Source of the DNA: Candidatus Omnitrophota bacterium
Lineage (GTDB): Bacteria > Omnitrophota > Gorgyraeia > Duberdicusellales > 4484-171
DNA: 64,000 nt
Assembly (NCBI GenBank): GCA_041652815.1
Contig: JBAZGN010000004.1
Location: 143,890-207,889, forward strand
Direction: 5' to 3'
Position numbers and translations under genes: made by a program. The number at the start of each line of letters is the position of its first letter. Position 1 is the first letter of the stretch. This document shows, in pieces, positions 38,516 to 46,082 of the stretch. Under the pieces are notes generated by a model. The model made no database searches. It was not told where the DNA came from and saw only the letters and a list, made by a program, of their open reading frames with translations.

Positions 38516-38626
38516 ACATAGAAGCGGATTACCGCGGAACAAGACACGGATAAACGCAAAGATATCTGTGCGTAAATCCGCGTTTAGATCCGCGACTATC
38601 CGCTTCTAATTATTAAAGGAGGATTT

Positions 38627-38875
38627 ATGTCTGACATAGGTGATTACAAAAGTGAGATTAAAAAGCTGGTTGCTGATATTGCCGAAAAAACTCCGGAAGA
38701 AATAACGGATGATGCCAAGTTCAGCGAAGATTTAGGCATTGACAGTATGATGGCGCTTGAAATAGTCGCCAGCATAGAAAAGAAATATAAAGTTGTTATT
38801 CCTGAAGGCGAAATTCCAAACATACGGTCTTTACAGAATATATATGATTTAATAGAAAAATTAGTTTCAAAATGA
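38627..38875 (+). CDS. acyl carrier protein
   Basis: 82 aa. Phosphopantetheine attachment motif DLGIDSMMALEIV. RBS AAGGAGG at 38614-38620. Confidence 0.85.
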   Translation: MSDIGDYKSEIKKLVADIAEKTPEEITDDAKFSEDLGIDSMMALEIVASIEKKYKVVIPEGEIPNIRSLQNIYDLIEKLVSK

Positions 38876-38881
38876 TGTTTT

Positions 38882-38967
38882 GCACCGCAAAACCGCAAAG
38901 AAGACGCAAAATCGCAAAAAAAAAAAAATCATTTGCGCTTTTACGGCCTTTTGCGTCTTTGCGGTGC
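38882..38967. repeat. long imperfect palindrome with central A13 tract (terminator-like or MITE-like) between ACP and the TA pair
   Basis: GCACCGCAAAACCGCAAAGAAGACGCAAAATCGCAAA, then A13, then TTTGCGCTTTTACGGCCTTTTGCGTCTTTGCGGTGC. Followed by a TTGACA...TATGATACACT promoter-like sequence at ~38980-39008. Confidence 0.5.
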
Positions 38968-39012
38968 GGAGAAGTCATCTTGACATAGTTCATCAAATAT
39001 GATACACTTTCT

Positions 39013-39255
39013 ATGGAGGTGGATGATATGCCTACGAAGAACCCGCGTTTAAATGTAGTTTTAGAACCGCCAGTATATAACGTTCTAAATGTTCTGGCAC
39101 ACCGCAAGGGAATTTCTTTGTCGCTTTTGGCCAGGGATTTAATAAAAGAAGCATTGGAAATTTATGAGGATCTTTATTGGCAGCGTGTTGCAAATTTACG
39201 GGAGAAAACCTTTTCCTATAAAAAAGCTTTGTCGCACAAAGATATTTGGGAATAA
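39013..39255 (+). CDS. ribbon-helix-helix antitoxin (RelB/ParD/CopG-like)
   Basis: NVVLEPPVYNVLNVLAHRKGISLSLLARDLI has RHH topology. Probable true start at 39028 (MPTKN). Overlaps the toxin gene by 10 nt. Confidence 0.6.
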   Translation: MEVDDMPTKNPRLNVVLEPPVYNVLNVLAHRKGISLSLLARDLIKEALEIYEDLYWQRVANLREKTFSYKKALSHKDIWE

Positions 39256-39527
39256 TGGCGTACAACATTTTTTATCATTACGATATCCCAAAGGACCTTT
39301 CAAAAATTCCCGGTAATATAAAGAAACGTATACGTAAGGCAATTGAACAGCGTTTATCGGAAGAACCCTTGAAATATGGAGAACCTTTAAAAAGGAGCCT
39401 TCACGGTTATTGGAAGTTGCGAGTAGGAGACTTTAGGGTTATTTTTAAAATCGAAAAAGAAAATATCGTAATTTTAAAAATTGGCCACAGGCATGATATT
39501 TATTCTAAAGTCGACTCACGCTTGTAA
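39246..39527 (+). CDS. RelE/ParE-family type II toxin
   Basis: 93 aa. Family signature ...LHGYWKLRVGDFRVIFKIEKENIVILKIGHRHDIY. Confidence 0.75.
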   Translation: MGIMAYNIFYHYDIPKDLSKIPGNIKKRIRKAIEQRLSEEPLKYGEPLKRSLHGYWKLRVGDFRVIFKIEKENIVILKIGHRHDIYSKVDSRL

Positions 39528-39567
39528 ATGAAATCTGTGATCATCTGTGTAATATAAAATTATAAAT

Positions 39568-40035
39568 ATGGAAGGCATTTGGGATATAAATAAAATTCAG
39601 GAAATACTGCCGCAGAGGTACCCTTTTTTATTTATTGATAGAGTTATATCAATTGATGAAAAAGAGGGTAAAGTAACCTGCCTTAAAAACTTTACTGCAA
39701 ACGATTATTTTTTCACCGGCCACTTTCCCGGTAAGCCGGTTGTGCCTGGTGTCATTATTATTGAAGCAATGGCGCAGGCAAGTATTATTGGTTTTGCCGC
39801 AATTAAGCCTGAAATTGCAAGTAAGCATCCAACTTATTATCTCGGCAAGGTAGAAGCAAAATTCAGAAAAGCCGTAACTGTGGGCGACCAACTTATCATA
39901 GAAGTAAAAAAAGAAAAAATAGTAAATAATGCAGGCGTAGTTACTGCTGTGGCAAAACTTAATGGAGAAGTGGCGGCTGAAGCTAAAATTATGTTTGGAG
40001 TAATTCCAAATAATCAAGCAAGTGATAATAAATAG
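39568..40035 (+). CDS. 3-hydroxyacyl-ACP dehydratase (FabZ-like hot-dog fold)
   Basis: Catalytic motif FFTGHFPGKPVVPGVIIIEAMAQA (HxxxGxxxxP). Hot-dog length of 155 aa. Confidence 0.85.
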   Translation: MEGIWDINKIQEILPQRYPFLFIDRVISIDEKEGKVTCLKNFTANDYFFTGHFPGKPVVPGVIIIEAMAQASIIGFAAIKPEIASKHPTYYLGKVEAKFRKAVTVGDQLIIEVKKEKIVNNAGVVTAVAKLNGEVAAEAKIMFGVIPNNQASDNK

Positions 40036-40042
40036 CTGGAGA

Positions 40043-40526
40043 AATAACCAAGCTCCAAGATACAAAAACCAAACAATGACCAATAATCAAATTCCAATAA
40101 TCAAACAAAAGGGCTAAAGAATTCGATTTGGAAAAAAGAACTACCGAATTCGCCAAGGCTGTAATCAGGATATGTAAAGATTTACCCAGAAATTCAATGA
40201 ATGATAGATTGATAGGTCAAGTAGTTGGAGCATCTGGTTCTGTTGGGGCAAACTATCGAGAAGCAAATGATGCTTTGGGAAAAAAGGATTTTATTCAAAG
40301 ACTTAAGATTGCTCGAAGAGAAGCCAAAGAAAGTCATCATTGGCTTGAGCTTATTTCTGAAGCTAACACGCATAAAGTAGATGAGATCAAACCGTTGACA
40401 CAAGAAGCTGTAGAGCTTAAAAATATTTTATCAGCAATTATCAATAAGTCAGAATAGTTTTGTTTGGTTATTGATTGTTGAGATTTGTATATTGTTTGGA
40501 GCTTGTATCTTGGTTATTGGTTATTC
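40043..40526. mobile_element. miniature TIR element (family 2) carrying a four-helix-bundle protein gene as cargo, inserted between fabZ-like and the active KS gene
   Basis: Left arm AATAACCAAGCTCCAAGATACAAAAACCAAACAATGACCAATAATCAAATTCCAATAATCAAACAAAA. Right arm is its imperfect reverse complement (...TTTTGTTTGGTTATTGATTG...CTTGGTTATTGGTTATT). An empty relative lies at 8608-8715. Confidence 0.65.
40128..40457 (+). CDS. four-helix-bundle protein (TIGR02436 / 23S-rRNA-intervening-sequence protein family)
   Basis: LIGQVVGASGSVGANYREA...GKKDFIQRLKIARREAKESHHWLELI matches the family core (..SIGANIAEG..R.S.KDF..FL.IA.GS..E....L.L). Confidence 0.8.
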   Translation: MEKRTTEFAKAVIRICKDLPRNSMNDRLIGQVVGASGSVGANYREANDALGKKDFIQRLKIARREAKESHHWLELISEANTHKVDEIKPLTQEAVELKNILSAIINKSE

Positions 40527-40550
40527 ATTTAAATATTTGTGTAAAACAAT

Positions 40551-41756
40551 ATGATTAACAGAGAGGTCGTGGTAACTGGTCTAGGCGCTGTTACCTCAAT
40601 AGGTATAGGAAAGGAAGAATTCTGGTCAAATGTTTTAAAAGGCAAATCCGGCATAAGCGATGTCACTTTATTCGATACTTCAAAATTTAAACGTCATCGC
40701 GCCGGTGAAATAAAAAATTTTAATTCATCCGATTTTATACCTGAAAGTATCGCAAAGTTCATCGGCAGGGCTTCCCAATTTGCTATAGCTGCAACTAAAC
40801 TTGCCCTTGAGGATGCCAATCTTACCTTAGATGACATTGAAATGCAAAAACTTGCAATAATTATCGGTACAACAATGGCTGAATCCAATGTAATGGATTT
40901 TTCCGGAGAAATGTTTATCAAAGAAGAGTGGGGTAGAATTACAAAACAGCTTCTGGTAAACACATTTTCTCCTTCCATTACAAGAAGCATAGGTTATTTT
41001 CTAAAAGCGAAAGGCGAAAATCTCCTAATACCCAATGCCTGCGCAGCCGGAAATTACGCAATCGGATATGGTTTTGATTTGATACGAAAGGGTGAAATTG
41101 AATTTGCTATAGTTGGCGGTGCTGAGGCATTATCGAGAGTAGCATTTCAAGGTTTTCAAAGATTATATGCAATGTCACCTGAAGTTTGCTCGCCATTTGA
41201 CAAGAACCGGCAAGGTATGCTTCTTGGAGAAGGCGCCGGCATTTTGATATTAGAATCTTTGGAAAGAGCAGTAAAAAGAAACGCGCCCATATATGCAAAA
41301 GTTTTGGAATATGGTTTATCCTGTGATGCTTACAATATGACAATTCCAAATAGAATTGGAATAAAAAAAGCTATGGCAAAAGCTATAAAAAATGCAAATA
41401 TCTCGCCCAATGAGATAGATTATATCAACGCTCACGGAACCGGTACAGTGCAGAACGATAAAGAAGAATCGAATGCAATAAAGGAAATTTTTAGAGATGA
41501 AAAAGTAGCTGTCAGTTCCATAAAATCAATGTTGGGACACACTATGGGTGCCGCAAGCGCCTTAGAGGCACTTACCTGTTGTCTTGCCTTAAAAGAAGAT
41601 ATAGCTCCTCCTACTATCAACTTTAAAACCCCTGACCCGCAATGTAACATTGATTGTGTTCCTAACCAAGCAAGAAAAATCAAAATCAACAAAGTTCTAA
41701 ATAATGGTTTTGCCTTTGGCGGTAATAACTGTTGTGTGGTTCTGGGGAAAGCATAG
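40551..41756 (+). CDS. beta-ketoacyl-ACP synthase, catalytically intact (KS-alpha / FabF-like)
   Basis: Active-site Cys in IPNACAAGNYAIG. His blocks INAHGTGT and SMLGHTMGAAS. N-terminal VVVTGLGAVTSIGIG. 401 aa. Confidence 0.85.
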   Translation: MINREVVVTGLGAVTSIGIGKEEFWSNVLKGKSGISDVTLFDTSKFKRHRAGEIKNFNSSDFIPESIAKFIGRASQFAIAATKLALEDANLTLDDIEMQKLAIIIGTTMAESNVMDFSGEMFIKEEWGRITKQLLVNTFSPSITRSIGYFLKAKGENLLIPNACAAGNYAIGYGFDLIRKGEIEFAIVGGAEALSRVAFQGFQRLYAMSPEVCSPFDKNRQGMLLGEGAGILILESLERAVKRNAPIYAKVLEYGLSCDAYNMTIPNRIGIKKAMAKAIKNANISPNEIDYINAHGTGTVQNDKEESNAIKEIFRDEKVAVSSIKSMLGHTMGAASALEALTCCLALKEDIAPPTINFKTPDPQCNIDCVPNQARKIKINKVLNNGFAFGGNNCCVVLGKA

Positions 41757-41938
41757 TCAAAATTAGCTATTTATGTGGTGTAGTAAAAATAGTTATGCCG
41801 AAAATAACGTACAAAATAGAAATAGTTAGCTTGTCCAGGCCTTATCTTATGAACGATTTGTCAAAGATACCCACTATATTTACTTGTTTATTAGAATAAG
41901 CGCTAATATATATATAGCTTATAAATTACAAAATAAAA

Positions 41939-43021
41939 ATGGAAAACAATTTTATAATTAAAAGATGTAAACGCTGTGGATTGCCAAGCGCTTATCCGGG
42001 GATTCTATTGAATGCAAACAAAACTTGCAATTACTGTTCATATTTTGATTTGTATAAGGATAGAGAAATAATTATCAAGAGGCAATTAAAAGAAGATTTT
42101 ACTAGAATTATAAATAATGTTAAAAGAAAAAACAATAAATACGATTGCATTGTAGCCTATAGCGGAGGAAAAGATAGTTCATTTCTCCTATCGTTTCTCA
42201 AAAAGAAATTTAAACTAAAAATTTTAGCACATACCTTAGATCATAGTTTTACTTCAGCGCAGGCGTTTGTAAATATAAAAAAAATTACAAAAGCTCTTAA
42301 GATCGATTCAAAAATTACGAAACCTGACATACGAGTTATGAAAGAATTGTTTCGATTTGCTTTAACAGAAAATATACCTTACCCAAAAGAAATATTGGCA
42401 ATGATGAGCCAAGTTTGCGCTGTCTGTTGGGGAATGGTATTTGGTACAACAATACATTTAGCTACTCAGCTAAAAATACCTCTTATGTGCATAGGATTTA
42501 CTCCTGGCCAATATCCCTCCATAAGTTTAGAGAATTTTTTGAAGGTTGAATCATGTTTATTTCTTTCGAAAAAAGTATATAAAGATGACCCTATGGATGT
42601 AATAAAAATCCTTACCGATCCAATAATTGAAAAATTTGGCGAGAAAGTTCGTAAATATTATTTCAGAAGTCAGTATATTCCAAACGACTTATTCGTTCCA
42701 AAAATATTACTTCCTTTCCATGTGCTCATTGATTACGATGAGAAAACGATACTTAAAGAAATCACAAACTTAGGGTGGATTAAGCCTTCAGATACTGACT
42801 CTTGTTCGACAAATTGCCTTATAAATACCTTAAGTAGTTATATCACTGTAAACAAAAACGGCTATCATCCTTATATAGGTGAATTAAGCCAGCTCGTCCG
42901 TGAAGGAAAAATAAAACGAGAAGAAGCTATAGAAGCCGAAAAAATTGAAAAAGAATCTTATGCAATGAAATTTTCGTGTAAAAAGTTAAAGTTAAATAAA
43001 CATTATCTAATTAAAAGATAA
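41939..43021 (+). CDS. PP-loop ATP-pyrophosphatase superfamily enzyme, WbuX-like (N-acetyl-sugar amidotransferase family) with N-terminal Cys4 zinc ribbon
   Basis: C-x2-C...C-x2-C (CKRCGLP...CNYCSYFD), then the PP-loop SGGKDSS in CIVAYSGGKDSSFLLSFL. Pattern typical of TIGR03573-like proteins. Confidence 0.6.
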   Translation: MENNFIIKRCKRCGLPSAYPGILLNANKTCNYCSYFDLYKDREIIIKRQLKEDFTRIINNVKRKNNKYDCIVAYSGGKDSSFLLSFLKKKFKLKILAHTLDHSFTSAQAFVNIKKITKALKIDSKITKPDIRVMKELFRFALTENIPYPKEILAMMSQVCAVCWGMVFGTTIHLATQLKIPLMCIGFTPGQYPSISLENFLKVESCLFLSKKVYKDDPMDVIKILTDPIIEKFGEKVRKYYFRSQYIPNDLFVPKILLPFHVLIDYDEKTILKEITNLGWIKPSDTDSCSTNCLINTLSSYITVNKNGYHPYIGELSQLVREGKIKREEAIEAEKIEKESYAMKFSCKKLKLNKHYLIKR

Positions 43022-43024
43022 AAA

Positions 43025-44635
43025 ATGCCAGAAAAATATAATAATTGTCCTTCACAGGTAAAGAATTTTAAAAGTGTAATAAATAAAAGTTTACATATAC
43101 TGAATAACGTTGATTCAAAAGTTTTTTTCTCGCCATATTCTACAATTCCAATCATTTCGCAAATGTTAGGACTTAACACTCCTATAGCGGGTAGTGGAGA
43201 TTACCCTTATTCAATTACCTCAATTATTTTTCAGATTGAGAAGGAAAAACAAATATTGCAAGAATTATTCAATATCCCACTTATTGAAAAACGGAAAATT
43301 ATTGATGAAATATATGAAATGATAGCACCAGTTTTATTAGGTGAAGAGGACAATTATATAGAGCTTTTGTTCAATATTAAATATAAAAATGAATTAAGGT
43401 TTGCGTCAATCGATAGTAAAAATAATTTTAAGAGATTATTTAAGGAAAAATTTTCTATACTGCAACCATTTATCGCGCGTTTCAATAATAAGAAAGGTGA
43501 TTTTGGGTATATCGTTCATTACGGTTATTTAGAAGATTTATATAGGGAATATGATTTTTTACAAAAAATTCCAAACTCGCTTGCTAATGAATGGCGTCAA
43601 TATTCTTATCCGATAGTCAACGAAATATTAATAAAAGGTGTTAATACCCGCGTTCCAGGCGTTAAATCCGATATCAATGGTTGGGTAATTTTTGTTACTA
43701 ACCACACACGAGAATTACTTGAAAGCGGAAAGCTACGAAAACATAAGATTCTACAGGCTGCGCGATTAGCGGAAAAATTAGGAGCTAAAATTATCGGTAT
43801 GGGCGGGCTTATTGCCTCATTTGCACAGGGTGGGTATTGGCTTTCTGAACAAATGCCAAATGTTGGTTTCACTACGGGGCATGTATATACTATCGGAAAT
43901 ATTATAGAAATGGCGAGAAATTGTTCAAAAAAAATTAATCTAAATATTAAAAAAGCAACGATAGCGATAGTAGGAGCGGCAGGTTCTATTGGTTCTGGTT
44001 GCGCTAAACTTATTGCGGAAGACAAGCCTAAACATTTTATTCTTCTTGATCTTAGTACGTTTAGCGCAACTCAGAAATTGGAGGAACTTAAAAACAATTT
44101 GCAAAACATTTCTCCGAAAACAAAAATAGTATTATCTAATAATTTCTTTGATGTTAGACAGGCTGACTTGGTGATTGTCGCTACAAATTCTCCCACGTCT
44201 ATTATAAAGCCAGAATATCTCAAAAAGGGAGCAATAATTATTGACGATTCTTTTCCGAAAAACGTTTCCAAGGAAATTCTAAAGATAAGGAATGACATAA
44301 TTTTATTAGAAGGAGGAATGATGCGGCTACCAATTTCCATAGATATTACTTCGGCACGTAATATGCCTGACCTAATGGATCTGCCATTAACACGTGCAGC
44401 TAGTTGTAAGGAAACTTATGGTTGCCTTGCGGAAGTTTTAGTTTTGGCTTTGTATGGTTATAAAAAAAATTATGCTTTAGGATACGCTGATCCAGTATTA
44501 GCTAAAGATATAGTAAACCGCGCAAAAAAAATCGGTTTTTCTTCAGCTCCTCTGCAATGTTTTGACGAAGCGATTGACGACAAAAAATTCATATTAATAA
44601 AGAGGATTTTAAAAAAAGAAAGACAAATTGTTTAA
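43025..44635 (+). CDS. long-chain acyl-[ACP] reductase (cyanobacterial Aar)-like domain with a ~160 aa N-terminal extension of unknown function
   Basis: From ~aa 160 colinear with S. elongatus Aar: ISALGGFTSI vs IIGMGGLIASFA; FTTGNTHTAYVI vs FTTGHVYTIGNI; ATVAVVGATGDIGSAVCRWL vs ATIAIVGAAGSIGSGCAKLI; VLIDGGYPKNL vs IIIDDSFPKNV; YVLNGGVVE vs ILLEGGMMR. Confidence 0.6.
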   Translation: MPEKYNNCPSQVKNFKSVINKSLHILNNVDSKVFFSPYSTIPIISQMLGLNTPIAGSGDYPYSITSIIFQIEKEKQILQELFNIPLIEKRKIIDEIYEMIAPVLLGEEDNYIELLFNIKYKNELRFASIDSKNNFKRLFKEKFSILQPFIARFNNKKGDFGYIVHYGYLEDLYREYDFLQKIPNSLANEWRQYSYPIVNEILIKGVNTRVPGVKSDINGWVIFVTNHTRELLESGKLRKHKILQAARLAEKLGAKIIGMGGLIASFAQGGYWLSEQMPNVGFTTGHVYTIGNIIEMARNCSKKINLNIKKATIAIVGAAGSIGSGCAKLIAEDKPKHFILLDLSTFSATQKLEELKNNLQNISPKTKIVLSNNFFDVRQADLVIVATNSPTSIIKPEYLKKGAIIIDDSFPKNVSKEILKIRNDIILLEGGMMRLPISIDITSARNMPDLMDLPLTRAASCKETYGCLAEVLVLALYGYKKNYALGYADPVLAKDIVNRAKKIGFSSAPLQCFDEAIDDKKFILIKRILKKERQIV

Positions 44636-44646
44636 TTTTTTTTATT

Positions 44647-46080
44647 ATGGATAGATACGATGTGGTTGTAATCGGAGCAGGTATTGGAGGGCTAATCTGT
44701 GGCATTTATTTAGCTAATGCTGGTTTAAAAGTATGCATCATAGAAAAAAATGCTAATGTGGGAGGTTATTGTGCTTCCTTTACAAGAAATAACTATAAAT
44801 TCGATATAGGTGTTCACTATCTGGGTGGTATCAAAAAAGGACTTTTAGGTAAGATTCTGGAAGAACTTGACTTAAAAGATAGAATACAGTTTAATCAATT
44901 TGATCCGGCCGACAAGATTATTATCGATGGAAAAAAAATTTATATTAGAGCAGATCCAAAAGAGACAATCAAAGAATTTATAATTAATTTTCCAAAACAG
45001 AAAGACAATATTGAGAAATTTTTCAGCTTTATAATGGAAAATAATTTTGCTCAAATATATAAGAAAGTTAGCGGTTTAACATTTAGGAATTTATTGGATA
45101 GTTTTTTTGACGATTATGAACTAAAAACGATGATTGAAGGATTAACATATAACATTGGTATTTCAGCCAAATTTGTAGCAGCAATAACTGCAGTGATTTT
45201 ATATAAAGAATACTTATTGGACCCTGGGTATTATCCCATTGGGGGAATGCAGAATTTTCCAGATGCGTTAGCCAATAAATTTGAACAGAATGGCGGTAAA
45301 ATAGTTTTAAATAAGGAAGTTGAAAATATATTTATCCAAAATAAAAAAGTGAAAGGAGTGAAGTTAACTACTGGAGAATTAATAAACTCTAAAATTTTAA
45401 TTTCTAACGTTGATGCTAATCATACATTTAAAAAACTTTTAAATAAAGTAAACAGTAAAGGATATAATCTTTTAAAAAAGCTATATATATCTCCTTCTTT
45501 GTTCGTTGTCTATCTAGGGCTTAAAGAAAATCTAACTAACCTTACAAATGAAACTTGTAATATATGGAGTTTTGATAATCCAATCCAGGACAGCTATTTT
45601 TCTAACTTAAAGAAAAATCTTAAAAATATACCATTTGTCATGGTGAGTTTTCCATCTGCTCACGAATATAGAGAAGAAGACAAAATATCTAATAAAAGTA
45701 CTATGCAAATTTTTCAATTTGCACCATTTGAATCTAAAAGATTTTGGGAAGGCAGTAAAGACTTGATGTATCAAAAAACTATTGAGCGAGTGGAAAAAAT
45801 TTTACCTGGTTTAAAAGATGAAATAAAAATAAGCGTTCTTGCTACTCCTTTTACTTTTTATAAGTATACCTATAGTAAAAATGGCGCTGCTTTTGGTTGG
45901 CTTTCTACCATTGATCAACTAAAATCAACAATATTTCCATGGAAAAGTGAAATAAGCAATCTTTTTTTTGTGGGTCATTGGGTCACCACGGGCGAAGGAC
46001 AAGGTGGTATTTCAAAAGTGATATTTTCTGCAAGAAAAATAGCTATGTTAATTCTTCATGAGATAAGACAAAAAAAGTAA
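44647..46080 (+). CDS. CrtI/phytoene-desaturase-family FAD-dependent oxidoreductase (second paralogue)
   Basis: YDVVVIGAGIGGLICGIYLANAGLKVCIIEKNANVGGYCASF dinucleotide fold. 477 aa. C-terminal GHW...GEGQGG. Confidence 0.75.
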   Translation: MDRYDVVVIGAGIGGLICGIYLANAGLKVCIIEKNANVGGYCASFTRNNYKFDIGVHYLGGIKKGLLGKILEELDLKDRIQFNQFDPADKIIIDGKKIYIRADPKETIKEFIINFPKQKDNIEKFFSFIMENNFAQIYKKVSGLTFRNLLDSFFDDYELKTMIEGLTYNIGISAKFVAAITAVILYKEYLLDPGYYPIGGMQNFPDALANKFEQNGGKIVLNKEVENIFIQNKKVKGVKLTTGELINSKILISNVDANHTFKKLLNKVNSKGYNLLKKLYISPSLFVVYLGLKENLTNLTNETCNIWSFDNPIQDSYFSNLKKNLKNIPFVMVSFPSAHEYREEDKISNKSTMQIFQFAPFESKRFWEGSKDLMYQKTIERVEKILPGLKDEIKISVLATPFTFYKYTYSKNGAAFGWLSTIDQLKSTIFPWKSEISNLFFVGHWVTTGEGQGGISKVIFSARKIAMLILHEIRQKK

Positions 46081-46082
46081 AT

